Shown piece after piece: positions 17,625-27,757 of a stretch of DNA of 64,000 nucleotides. A program made the translations under genes and the position numbers. Within the stretch, counting starts at the first letter, position 1. Every line of letters starts with the position of its first letter. The notes below the pieces were generated by a model. The model saw only the letters and a program-made list of their open reading frames with translations. It did not search any database and was not told the DNA's origin. Source of the DNA: an uncultured Clostridia bacterium (GTDB lineage Bacteria > Bacillota > Clostridia > TANB77 > CAG-508). The stretch covers positions 140,290 through 204,289 of the forward strand of contig CANPVM010000002.1 in the NCBI GenBank assembly GCA_947581805.1. Reading direction: 5' to 3'.

Positions 17625-20270
17625 TTAATAACTATCTCTAAAGTAAATGCTATCTAATAATTCTTTATTGATTTCTTTTTTTACATTTTTAAAACAATAT
17701 TTATATATTTTATCTCCTAGTGCTGGTACAGTGTATATAGAACCATCTTTAGTTATAACTCCTCCTGCACATTTTGCTTTTATATTTTCCTTTACCTTAT
17801 ATATTTCTTTTACTTCATCTTTTTCAATATCATATTCGTAAACGATATTACCATCTCCGGGGATTCCATAGATTTTTCCATTTATGCCTAATTTGGTTCC
17901 ATAGCAGCCTGATACGCCTATTTCTGTATGAATCATTTGACTTTTTTTATTTTTTACATCTATTTTTAATATGCCTTTTTCCGTTTTTGAAAAACCATAT
18001 ATATTTCCATCTTTTCCTATTACTGCATCAAATACCATTGTGTTAATTTTTTCTCCTATAAAAGAAACTTTTTCAGTTTTTGTATTTAATACCATTACTC
18101 TTCTATTTCTTTCTGGAAAAAAGTAAATATTATTATTAGGATGTAATATTCCTGAATTATATCTATATTTTACATTAAGCCACTTAGGAGATATATATAT
18201 TTTTTTTGCTATTTTATTCTTTACATCAATTTTAAGAATATGATTACAATTTCTTGGTGCTTGATATACAACTCCATTCTCTATTTGAACTCCACTATAA
18301 TGATGTTCTTGTTTATATTTTAATCCTAATTGAATTTCTTCAACTTTTTTAGTACTTGGATCTAAACATAGTATTGTATTTCTAGTTCTAGGAAGAGCAT
18401 AAATTTTTCCTAAATATTCAAAACCTCCTGTCCACCTATATTTTCCTTCTTTGCAATTAAATGGTATATAGTTATAAGTTTCATTTTTTATATCGTACAC
18501 TAGAAATTTATTAATTCCATTTGGTATAAAATAAATGTTGTCATTATATTCAACTGCTCCAACCCATTTAAAATCATTTTTACCATCATTTAATTGAATC
18601 TCTTCTATCTTTTCTATATATGCATTTTTGTTATTTTCAATTAGCTTTAAAAAATCTTTATTTATTTGAAATTTCTCATCACTTTTGTTCATTTTCTTTA
18701 ATTCTATTTTATCAGGTATAAAAGCTAATATCTTTGCTAATATATTTTCTACCATTTTCATTGATTCTTTACATTCTTTTTGATTTCTATAAAAAATATA
18801 TAACATAATATTGGGAACCGTTAAGCATAATATCATTCTTCCAATAAAACTAATATACGTATACTCTGTAAATAGTTTACTGCATAAATAACAAGTTATT
18901 AATGCAACAATTAAAGTAGCAAATAAATATTTTATATCTTTTAATAACCATTCTTTCATTTGTTTTTTATTAAAATAGTATTTAAATAATACTACAGTAA
19001 ATCCTACATCATATACGCATACTAGACTAATAATTGTAGAGATTATAATTCCTTTTAGTCCTATAAACTGTACTAATATAATATTGGTAGTTAAGTTTAC
19101 AATAGCAGCAATAAGTGGAACATATCTATTATACCACCACATTCCTAATGCTTCTTGATATACATCTAACATATCAAACCACTTATTTGTGAAGAAATAT
19201 ATTGCAAATAACAATACTATTTCATTACCTAGTAGCATTTTTTCTCCTACCCACAAATACATAAAGTTTTGGAATAAACATAATAGTGATATTGTACAAA
19301 ATGAGATAATCCATATATAAATAAATGTGAATTTTTTTAAATCATTAAAATTCTTTTCCTTTGTTTCTAAAATAATTGAATTTCCAACACTTGCTTTTAG
19401 TGAAGTTGATATAACTCCTAAAATTCCATATATTCCAGTAATTACATAATAATAATTTGAATATACTCCTAAAGTTTCCAAGCCTAAAAATGATGATATT
19501 ACTATAAAATCCACATTTCCTAATACCACTAATCCAATTTTCTTTAGTATCATTCCTTTTATTTGTTTTTTCAGTTCAATAACTTGATTTTCTTCAAGTT
19601 TTCCATCAATTTCTTTTATTTCAGGATATCTTTTATTTACAACCCAAGCGACAAATAAGTTATTGCATATTGTTGTTATAGGTAATGCAATTATGTATAA
19701 GTAATAATTTTTTGCTATTAGTAAAATTACTATTTGTAATAAATTTTTAGTAATTAAAACTACTGAACTAATTTTGCTAATCATATCTTCTCTTTGACTA
19801 GCTGCTAATAGTGAACTCTTATATGCAAATAGAAAGTACGTTAAGCATGTATTTACTAAATTAATTAGGTAAACTATATAAATGTTTATACCTGCTGGAT
19901 AATCTCCACTTATAAGGTTCTTTAAAAAAGGTAACATTATAAGTCCTATTGCAAAGATTATAATACCCATAATTCTGTAAACTTTTTTATAAAGATTTAA
20001 TAATACTCCTACTTTTTTAGTATCATTTTCAGCTATTGGCTTATACATACTAAATGTTATAGCATTAGAGAAACCTAACTCTGCTAAATTTAAAACTTGT
20101 AAAATTGAAACAAATAGGTCATTAAGACCTAAAAACTTGTTACCTAAAATATATATAAAAACTGTTCTAGTTATAAATGGAAATATAATATTTAAAACTC
20201 TCTGTAAAAATCCAAAGACAATATTTCTACTAGCATTTTTTGTTCTACTGTTTTCAATTAAATTCATCAC
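17625..20270 (-). CDS. Wzx-like polysaccharide flippase (MOP superfamily) fused to a C-terminal domain of about 390 aa built from roughly eight repeats of about 45 aa
   Basis: The N-terminal 500 aa or so are a typical multi-TM Wzx (...NASRNIVFGFLQRVLNIIFPFITRTVFIYILGNKFLGLNDLF...). The C-terminal part repeats an [ILV]Y-x-[IF]P-x(5-8)-[IV]L-x-[ILV]D-like motif, for example NDNIYFIPNGINKFLVYDIKNETY and GKIYALPRTRNTILCLDPSTKKV. Confidence 0.6.
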   Translation of the reverse strand: MMNLIENSRTKNASRNIVFGFLQRVLNIIFPFITRTVFIYILGNKFLGLNDLFVSILQVLNLAELGFSNAITFSMYKPIAENDTKKVGVLLNLYKKVYRIMGIIIFAIGLIMLPFLKNLISGDYPAGINIYIVYLINLVNTCLTYFLFAYKSSLLAASQREDMISKISSVVLITKNLLQIVILLIAKNYYLYIIALPITTICNNLFVAWVVNKRYPEIKEIDGKLEENQVIELKKQIKGMILKKIGLVVLGNVDFIVISSFLGLETLGVYSNYYYVITGIYGILGVISTSLKASVGNSIILETKEKNFNDLKKFTFIYIWIISFCTISLLCLFQNFMYLWVGEKMLLGNEIVLLFAIYFFTNKWFDMLDVYQEALGMWWYNRYVPLIAAIVNLTTNIILVQFIGLKGIIISTIISLVCVYDVGFTVVLFKYYFNKKQMKEWLLKDIKYLFATLIVALITCYLCSKLFTEYTYISFIGRMILCLTVPNIMLYIFYRNQKECKESMKMVENILAKILAFIPDKIELKKMNKSDEKFQINKDFLKLIENNKNAYIEKIEEIQLNDGKNDFKWVGAVEYNDNIYFIPNGINKFLVYDIKNETYNYIPFNCKEGKYRWTGGFEYLGKIYALPRTRNTILCLDPSTKKVEEIQLGLKYKQEHHYSGVQIENGVVYQAPRNCNHILKIDVKNKIAKKIYISPKWLNVKYRYNSGILHPNNNIYFFPERNRRVMVLNTKTEKVSFIGEKINTMVFDAVIGKDGNIYGFSKTEKGILKIDVKNKKSQMIHTEIGVSGCYGTKLGINGKIYGIPGDGNIVYEYDIEKDEVKEIYKVKENIKAKCAGGVITKDGSIYTVPALGDKIYKYCFKNVKKEINKELLDSIYFRDSY

Positions 20271-20894
20271 TTAACTCCATTTTATATCACTTTTTATTAC
20301 TTTGGCTGGAACACCAGCGACTATAGAATTTGGTGGTACATCTTTAGTTACAATTGCTCCCGCAGCAACAATTGCTCCATCACCTATGTGTACTCCCTTC
20401 ATTATAATTGCTCTTGTTCCAATCCATACATGATTTCCTATTACTACTTCTTTTTTTTCTTCGTGTTTTCCATCTTCTATTTTATGCGCATCTGTATCTC
20501 TAATAATAACATCCCTTGCAATAGCCACATTTTCACCTATTTTAATATCTTTAGCACATACAATTTGAACAAATCCATTCAAATATCCGCTTCCTATCGA
20601 TAAATTTGCATTATCAAAAACTCTAATATCACTACCACAACCTACTGAAAAATCATTGTTTATATTTATGCACGAATTTTTACCCATACTAAATCTTGTT
20701 TCTTGTTTTGATTTTGTATTTTCTTTAGTTCCTATTGTTAATCTTCCTTTGCAATTTATTTTTGATGTTTTATCAATCATAACTCTAGTAAATTTTTTAC
20801 ATACAATTAACTTCTTTTTCTTTATATTTATTTCAGTATTTTTTCTACAATTTACTTTTATAGTATTTAATATTTGAATGTCTGCCATTTTCAT
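20271..20894 (-). CDS. Hexapeptide-repeat acetyltransferase (WbbJ/Maa-like)
   Basis: Left-handed beta-helix hexapeptide repeats (...[52 protein letters not shown]). Confidence 0.7.
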   Translation of the reverse strand: MKMADIQILNTIKVNCRKNTEINIKKKKLIVCKKFTRVMIDKTSKINCKGRLTIGTKENTKSKQETRFSMGKNSCININNDFSVGCGSDIRVFDNANLSIGSGYLNGFVQIVCAKDIKIGENVAIARDVIIRDTDAHKIEDGKHEEKKEVVIGNHVWIGTRAIIMKGVHIGDGAIVAAGAIVTKDVPPNSIVAGVPAKVIKSDIKWS

Positions 20895-20905
20895 TATTTT
20901 CTCTC

Positions 20906-22105
20906 CTAACTTTTTCCGATAACTTTTTTTACCCTTGCTTTAATCTTTTTTAATGTTCGATTTGTTTTAATTTTTATCTTAACTTTCTTCTTTAAGTTTG
21001 GTTCTGGAAAAAAATTTTTGCTCAATTCATTATATGACATTTTATCAATATTCTTAAAAACATTTTTTCTTGATTCTGTTATTTCAACTGAATTATTCAT
21101 ACACATATTTCCATTGAAAGCATCATTGGATGTAACTTCTACATATTCTACATTATCTTTAATCAATTCAAATAGTTTTTTCCCTTTATTTGAATTAATT
21201 AGAATCATAGATGTTCCTTTGTCACAATCTAATTTTGGATCTATTTTTTCAATACCCCAAAAATCCGCTAATGTTATATCAGCCACTCTTGGCAATCCTT
21301 TAAATTTACACTCATAGCAAGAAGGTCTCATAAATGCATTGTATTGTAAATATCCAATCCAATAAGAATCTAAATATCTAGTTCCTATATAATTTTTTCC
21401 ATTTTCAAAATCAACTTTAATTGAAAAATTATGCCATCCATAAGTTTTATTTTTAAATTTGATTTTTTTTATTTTAGAGTGATATTTTTCTTGTAAATTT
21501 AGAATATATTTTTTAAAAATTTTAGGTGAATTAACCCCTCTACAAATAAAATCACAAGTATATAAATTTTCATATTCTTTATTTGATAAGTAATTATATA
21601 ATCCAGCTATTTGACATGGACATCCACAAACTAAAACTTTTTCGCCTTGTTCCAATAATTTTTTTATCCTTTTAAAATTATCATTCATATCACTTTGTAA
21701 GTATTTAGAACTTCTTAAATTATCAATATCTTCTATATTAGAAGATACATAATGTTCTACTAACCACTCTTTATTATATATTGCCCCACAAACATATCCA
21801 TTTTGTTTATATATTGCCCCTGCAAGTTCTGAAAAAATTCCTCCTGAAGTACTATCTAATCTAACATGGTTATTCTTACTCCACGCTGCTATTACTGTTG
21901 GTTTCTTATAATTATCATTTATTTTGGTATTATTGTTAATTGGACAAACTTTATTGCAAAGACCACATTGTATGCATTTATTCATATCAACTTTTGGATA
22001 TTTAAAGCCTTCATTATCTTCTACCATTTTTATTGCTTTGACCGGACATATATTGTAACAAGCACTACAAGCCATGCAATTTTTCTTATCTTCTATTTTA
22101 ATCAT
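20906..22105 (-). CDS. Coenzyme F420 hydrogenase/dehydrogenase beta-subunit-like FeS protein (a frequent partner of pyruvyl transferases)
   Basis: It has N-terminal 2x[4Fe-4S] ferredoxin motifs ([24 protein letters not shown]) followed by a FrhB-like domain. Confidence 0.55.
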   Translation of the reverse strand: MIKIEDKKNCMACSACYNICPVKAIKMVEDNEGFKYPKVDMNKCIQCGLCNKVCPINNNTKINDNYKKPTVIAAWSKNNHVRLDSTSGGIFSELAGAIYKQNGYVCGAIYNKEWLVEHYVSSNIEDIDNLRSSKYLQSDMNDNFKRIKKLLEQGEKVLVCGCPCQIAGLYNYLSNKEYENLYTCDFICRGVNSPKIFKKYILNLQEKYHSKIKKIKFKNKTYGWHNFSIKVDFENGKNYIGTRYLDSYWIGYLQYNAFMRPSCYECKFKGLPRVADITLADFWGIEKIDPKLDCDKGTSMILINSNKGKKLFELIKDNVEYVEVTSNDAFNGNMCMNNSVEITESRKNVFKNIDKMSYNELSKNFFPEPNLKKKVKIKIKTNRTLKKIKARVKKVIGKS

Positions 22106-22130
22106 TCATCTCACCTTACATATTCTTTAA

Positions 22131-23186
22131 TTATTCTGTAATAAATTTTTCAAATTTTTCTTCACTTGTTTTTAAATTTCTATTTTTAATTGATACGTTA
22201 CCATTCTTTGCTATATTAATTCTAAGTTTATTGTCACTAAGTAGTTTATCAGCATTTTCATACATACCCTGCACATCTTTTGGTTTTGAAATCATAGAAT
22301 TATCACTATTTGCATATTCCATAATTCCCAAGCAATTAGTTGTTACTAGTGCACAACCACAAGCCATTGCTTCTAATCCTGGAAGTCCAAATCCTTCTTC
22401 TATGCTTGTACATATATATATTGCACTATTATTTAGTATATTTACTACCTGTTCTTCTGAAGCATTTCTTGTATAACTTATCCATTTAGGTAAATTTTTA
22501 GGGGGTTTACAACTACCATACATCTTAACTTCTAGATTTTTATATTTTTCTTTAAGTTTATTTAAAACTTCTATGCCATATTTACTACCTTTTATTTCAC
22601 CGTCTGAATAAAGCATACTAATAGAGAAAGGATTTCTTTTTTCTATATCATTATTTATTTTAAAAATATCTAAGTCTATTCCATTTGATATTAATGTTGA
22701 AGGATTTTTACTATATTTATCAACTATACTTTTTAACCATTTAGATATTACAATGTTATTCATACCATAATTATATGTTTCTCTTAAAAATTCATCTGTT
22801 ATAGTTCCCCAATTCTCATATCCTTGTATAAAATAAAATTTATTACCTTTATTTTCTGAAAGTTTATAAACTTGATATGCAGTATTTGGTGATGTACATA
22901 TGCTAATATCCGCATTTCTAATATATTTTTCATTAAAATTTTTAACTGCTGATTGAGAGATTTTATCATTTAATTTATACCACTTTGGATATCCAATAAA
23001 TCTTATTCTTCTTATTAGTCTCACAACGATTTTAGGAATATGCTTAGAATTTTTTCCATCTTTTAGATTATAATAAATATGCACATCGTGTCCTTTTGAA
23101 GCTAAATAATTTGAATATTGGTATACCACTTTATATCCTCCAGCAATTCCTTTATAAACTTGTGGCAAATAAAAATTTATCTTCAT
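22131..23186 (-). CDS. Glycosyltransferase family 1
   Basis: The 351-aa protein has the GT1 C-terminal EEGFGLPGLEAMACG motif (E-x7-E region). Confidence 0.7.
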   Translation of the reverse strand: MKINFYLPQVYKGIAGGYKVVYQYSNYLASKGHDVHIYYNLKDGKNSKHIPKIVVRLIRRIRFIGYPKWYKLNDKISQSAVKNFNEKYIRNADISICTSPNTAYQVYKLSENKGNKFYFIQGYENWGTITDEFLRETYNYGMNNIVISKWLKSIVDKYSKNPSTLISNGIDLDIFKINNDIEKRNPFSISMLYSDGEIKGSKYGIEVLNKLKEKYKNLEVKMYGSCKPPKNLPKWISYTRNASEEQVVNILNNSAIYICTSIEEGFGLPGLEAMACGCALVTTNCLGIMEYANSDNSMISKPKDVQGMYENADKLLSDNKLRINIAKNGNVSIKNRNLKTSEEKFEKFITE

Positions 23187-23192
23187 GTTCCC

Positions 23193-25076
23193 TTACCCCT
23201 TTTTTATTTTTTGTATTAATTTCCAATATAACATTCCAAAATAGTAATTTATATTTTTTGCATAAATTATTTTATTTAAAAAGCCTATTTTCCATATACT
23301 CTTTCTAAAATCTTTTATAAAAATTTTTGGATGAACAAAATAATATGATATTTTTTTTGCATTTGCTACGTCAAGGATTTCATAGTCAAGAAACTTTAAA
23401 TTTCCAAATGTTTCTAATATTTTTTTATCAGGTTTATCTAAACTTAATGTAAAATTATTACTACAAACTTCTGAATTAAATTCAATGTACTCTTTGCAAC
23501 TGGCATTATTAATGTCTTTTACAAAATCAATGGCACCTTCTTGTATATTAGTTGATAATTCTAGTTCATGAGAATTTTTATATTCATAATCGTAAAATTC
23601 TACATTTTCTTTTGAATTATTAAAACATTTTACAGATCCATGTCTTGCTAAGAATAAAAATTCAAATATTCCATTATTTCTATTTATGTTTGAGCGTATT
23701 TCTTTTTTATAATCTTTATCAAATAAAAAGCCTTTCATTCTTGATGTATTTTGATTATATATTAAACCTACATAATATCCATATATATCATTATCTAAGA
23801 TTCTTGATAATGACATTTGCATATTTCCGCCCCATCCTATATCAACTACAGCTAGTTTTCCTCTAAAATCAACACTGTCTAAATATTTTTTCATACATGA
23901 ATATTCTTTTTTAGAATTATTAATAATTCTATCAAATATTGCTTTCATAAAATCAATAAAATCTTCATTTGTTTTCATAAATTCTATACTATATTCTTTT
24001 TCTAAGTCTAATTTATATTGCTTTATTTCCTTAGATAAATCAATGTCATCTAATCCAATTCTTTTTATGAACTTATCTAAACGTATTTTTTTTACTCCAT
24101 ACATTGAAGTATATATTTCATTTATTTCTTTGCATTGCCATAATGAAGGTACTATAGTTGACCTTCTTGAAGCATAAAGATAATAACTTTTTATATTAGT
24201 ATTATTTATCACATCAAAAACTTTCTTTATTATGTATCCATCTCTAGCCATAAAATAAACTTTATTTATTTTTTCTTTTTGTAAATTATCTATTAACCAC
24301 TTAGTAAATCCATACAAAATTGGTCCAAAACATACATATCCCCAATCATATAATTTTTTCTCTTTATAGATTAAATTGTTTTTTATAAAACTACTTAATA
24401 CATTTGAACTTATATTGTTTTTTATTGTCGCATTGTAATAACAATTATTATCATTTTTAATATAATGAATTGCTTCTATACCTATGGATTTTGGATTTAG
24501 GTAATCACTTTTATAACTATCACCAATATGAATTATTTCATTCTTGTTTATCTTTAACTCTTCTAAAACTTTAAAAAATAAATTTCCACTTGATTTTGTA
24601 ACTTTAAAATCAGAGGATAAAAAAAGCTTATAATATTTTATATTGTTTTTATCTAAAATTCTTTCAATTACAGATTTATCTAAATACATATCTGATGTTA
24701 AAATTACTTTTTTTCCGTTTTTATTGCAATATTCTAAAATATCAATCATTTCATTATTTATTTGACAAATATTTAATTCTGCTTCTATTTCAATCTTTTT
24801 TAATCTATCGCATACTTCTGTAGGATATTCTTTTTCTAAGGATGAATATATATCATTAAATTCTATTTCTTCACTCTCAGATGATTTTCTAGCTTTTATT
24901 TCACTATTCACTCTTTTAGTTAAAAAATCAAAAATTTTATCTTTAAACTTACTATTATATTTTTTTTGTACAATAGAATATACATCATGTGGATGAATAC
25001 AATTTCTTTTTATTAGTGTATCAAAAATATCAAAAGAAATATATTCATATTCTTTTAGCTTACCAATATCTAGCAT
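23193..25076 (-). CDS. Large HAD-superfamily hydrolase-like protein, associated with polysaccharide loci
   Basis: The 627-aa protein has an N-terminal HAD motif I (ISFDIFDTLIKRN). The rest has no family I recognise. Confidence 0.4.
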   Translation of the reverse strand: MLDIGKLKEYEYISFDIFDTLIKRNCIHPHDVYSIVQKKYNSKFKDKIFDFLTKRVNSEIKARKSSESEEIEFNDIYSSLEKEYPTEVCDRLKKIEIEAELNICQINNEMIDILEYCNKNGKKVILTSDMYLDKSVIERILDKNNIKYYKLFLSSDFKVTKSSGNLFFKVLEELKINKNEIIHIGDSYKSDYLNPKSIGIEAIHYIKNDNNCYYNATIKNNISSNVLSSFIKNNLIYKEKKLYDWGYVCFGPILYGFTKWLIDNLQKEKINKVYFMARDGYIIKKVFDVINNTNIKSYYLYASRRSTIVPSLWQCKEINEIYTSMYGVKKIRLDKFIKRIGLDDIDLSKEIKQYKLDLEKEYSIEFMKTNEDFIDFMKAIFDRIINNSKKEYSCMKKYLDSVDFRGKLAVVDIGWGGNMQMSLSRILDNDIYGYYVGLIYNQNTSRMKGFLFDKDYKKEIRSNINRNNGIFEFLFLARHGSVKCFNNSKENVEFYDYEYKNSHELELSTNIQEGAIDFVKDINNASCKEYIEFNSEVCSNNFTLSLDKPDKKILETFGNLKFLDYEILDVANAKKISYYFVHPKIFIKDFRKSIWKIGFLNKIIYAKNINYYFGMLYWKLIQKIKKG

Positions 25077-25094
25077 ATAACTCCTCCTCTAATG

Positions 25095-26864
25095 CTAATT
25101 CTTCTTTAAAATATTGATTATCTTCTTAGCTTTATCTTGGCCTATTGTTCCTTTTATAATATTTTTACTTTTATTTACAATTTCATCTTTTAGTGTTCGT
25201 GGACTACTAAAATCATAAAAATCAAAAATTGTTTGAGCATCATCTTTCATCTCAGTAAATACTTCAAAAAATACTGGCTTTTCATCTTGTATTTTCATGA
25301 ATTTTTCCACATTAGCCTCAAATGATTCTTTATCATTTGCTGATAAATATGTAAAATTATTTTCTTCTACCCATCCTTTTGCTTTTGTATTATGTCTTGC
25401 TGATGTATGTAGCTCTCCTGATTTATTTAAACATGTCTTATTATAGTAAAACTCAGAACCTCCATGATTATTTATCATTAAAATATGTACATTCTTTTTT
25501 ATGCTATTTATTCTTAATGCATTCATATCATAAAAGAAAGCTAAATCCCCTATTACAAGAAAACTCTCCTTGTTACTAACTGTTGCTTGACCTAAGAATG
25601 TAGATAAAGGTCCATCAATTCCATAAGTGCCTATATTTGCATATGTTTTTATATTGTTATTTAATTTAAAATAATTAGCTATTCTAATACTATCATTAAC
25701 ACTTAAATGTAAAATTGAATTCGATGGCATTTTTTGAACAACATTTTTTATTGCATAAATATGTGAAAATCTAAATTCAGGCATTTCTACTGAATCTGAG
25801 TATTTTTTAAAATTATTATAATATTCCATACTATTCTTATTCTTTGAATTTTTATTAAAATATTCAAAGAAATATTCTGGTTGACATTCAAATATTGTTT
25901 TTAAACTCTTGAACGTATCAACTACTTGTCCATCTTCTTCTATACTCCAATGTTCAAATTTTCCATTTAATTTTCTAAATTGCTCTTTTATTGAAGAGAA
26001 AATTTGTCCCCCAAAAGTTATCAATACATCTGGTAGTAGCTCCTTAACTATATTACTATTTGAATATTTAGGATCAAAACATGTTATAGTATTTATTCCT
26101 TCTTCTATCTGGACATTTGACATATGATCTACTACTATAGTTGCATTATAGTTTTTAAAGAAATCTTTTATTTCTTTTTCTAATTTTGGAGTAACGTTAC
26201 TTTTTTGTCCACATACAACTAGGACTTTTTTGCAATTTTGTAATTTTTTTACTTTTTCATCCCATTTTGATTTATCTTCGCACAAACTAATTCTTTCTAT
26301 TTTTTTTACTTTTGGAAGTTCTTTTACATTAAAGGACATATTATAATCATAGGTTGGAACATTTATATGAATTGGCCCTTTTCTACCATTATGATTTAAT
26401 TCCAAAAATGCTTCATTTATTAGTCTTTGGCAATAGATTTCATCATCTACTGTATTTATAATTGGTAGATTAACTGATTTTTGTACATGCCTATCAAACA
26501 TACCTACTTGATTTATCATTTGATCTTCCCATTGACCCAGCATTCTAAAATCTCTGTCACTTGTTAATACTATTATTGGAACTCTTTGATAAAATGCTTC
26601 TGCAACAGGTGGCCAATAATTACATGATGCTGTAGAAGCTGTACAAGATATTAAAACTGGTTCATTTAATTCTTGTGCTAAGCCCAATGCAAAATATCCC
26701 GCACTCCTTTCATCTACAACGGAATAACATTTAAAGAAATCATCTTCTTCAACAGAATGAACAAAAGGTACATTTCTTGATCCTGCCGACAGTACACAAT
26801 GTTTAATTCCATACTCTTTTAATAATGCTATTAAAATTTGATAACTTTTTATTTCTGTATACAT
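25095..26864 (-). CDS. MenD-family thiamine-diphosphate enzyme (SEPHCHC-synthase-like paralog) embedded in the glycan locus
   Basis: Blocks CVLSAGSRNVPFV, DERSAGYFALGLAQ, VPIIVLTSDRDFRMLGQWEDQMINQ and GPIHINVPTYD align with the MenD motifs PGSRSTPL, DERSAGFFALGLAK, LTADRP...QAINQ and GPVHVNVP. A ThDP GD..FYDMN-type motif (IGDLAFFYDMNAL) is present. Start taken as the ATG at 26864 with AAGGAG 7 nt upstream. Confidence 0.6.
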   Translation of the reverse strand: MYTEIKSYQILIALLKEYGIKHCVLSAGSRNVPFVHSVEEDDFFKCYSVVDERSAGYFALGLAQELNEPVLISCTASTASCNYWPPVAEAFYQRVPIIVLTSDRDFRMLGQWEDQMINQVGMFDRHVQKSVNLPIINTVDDEIYCQRLINEAFLELNHNGRKGPIHINVPTYDYNMSFNVKELPKVKKIERISLCEDKSKWDEKVKKLQNCKKVLVVCGQKSNVTPKLEKEIKDFFKNYNATIVVDHMSNVQIEEGINTITCFDPKYSNSNIVKELLPDVLITFGGQIFSSIKEQFRKLNGKFEHWSIEEDGQVVDTFKSLKTIFECQPEYFFEYFNKNSKNKNSMEYYNNFKKYSDSVEMPEFRFSHIYAIKNVVQKMPSNSILHLSVNDSIRIANYFKLNNNIKTYANIGTYGIDGPLSTFLGQATVSNKESFLVIGDLAFFYDMNALRINSIKKNVHILMINNHGGSEFYYNKTCLNKSGELHTSARHNTKAKGWVEENNFTYLSANDKESFEANVEKFMKIQDEKPVFFEVFTEMKDDAQTIFDFYDFSSPRTLKDEIVNKSKNIIKGTIGQDKAKKIINILKKN

Positions 26865-26878
26865 ATATATTCTCCTTT

Positions 26879-27757
26879 TTATATATTTATATGATTTCCC
26901 GCATTGCAATGTAAGATTTCACCTGAAATACATTTACTTGCATCGCTCAATAAAAATAAAGTAACTTCTGCTATTTCCTCTGGTAAAAAACATCTACCTG
27001 AACTTTCATCTGTTGCCAAATTATTGCCATTTGTTCCAGCATAATCCTTTGTCATATCAGATATTGTTACACCAGGTGCTATACCATTTACTCTAATTCC
27101 ACTTTTGTAATATTTTTTTGCCAATGCCTGTATTAAAGAATTTAGGGATGCTTTTGTTAATCTATATGGTAAATCAGATGCACATGAACCGCCTTGCGAA
27201 CTAATTATTATTAATTCAGATTCTCCCTCATTTTCTTTATTCTCTATTTTTTTCTCAATAAATGCTTTTGATAAAAAATATGTTCCCCTAAGATTAATAT
27301 CAAATTGTTTATCAAAACTTTCTGTTGTTACGTTTTCGATACTTCCCTCATATAAGTTTATTCCTGCATTATTGATAAGAGCATTTATCACACCATTTTT
27401 AAATTTTTTGCAACATTGCTTTATAAACAAATTAGCATTATCTACATCACTTATATCAAATACTATATATGAACAATTTTTACCAAGTTCCTTACATGCT
27501 TTAATAAGTTTATTTTCATCTCTACCCGAAATTATAACATTAGCTCCTTCTTGAATACATTTTTTTGCCATATAATAGCCTAATCCTCGTCCTCCACCTG
27601 TAATTACAATATTTTTATTTTTTAATATTTCTCCATAATTAACTTGGGAGATTTTAACTTCTACATAATTTTCAGGTTGACTGGCTAAAATAAATTTTGC
27701 AATTTTTTTACAGAACTTTCTAACCCCCCCCCATTTATTTTGCTCCTTTCTATACAT
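26879..27757 (-). CDS. SDR-family oxidoreductase #3 with a G9 tract in its 5' region, overlapping the 3' end of pyruvyl transferase #2
   Basis: It has the motif NIVITGGGRGLGYYMAKK. Its N-terminal extension is homologous to SDR #1 and #2 (KISQVNYGEIL versus KINQIHSEKML). Codons W-G-G-V are tgg ggg ggg gtt. Confidence 0.65.
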   Translation of the reverse strand: MYRKEQNKWGGVRKFCKKIAKFILASQPENYVEVKISQVNYGEILKNKNIVITGGGRGLGYYMAKKCIQEGANVIISGRDENKLIKACKELGKNCSYIVFDISDVDNANLFIKQCCKKFKNGVINALINNAGINLYEGSIENVTTESFDKQFDINLRGTYFLSKAFIEKKIENKENEGESELIIISSQGGSCASDLPYRLTKASLNSLIQALAKKYYKSGIRVNGIAPGVTISDMTKDYAGTNGNNLATDESSGRCFLPEEIAEVTLFLLSDASKCISGEILHCNAGNHINI

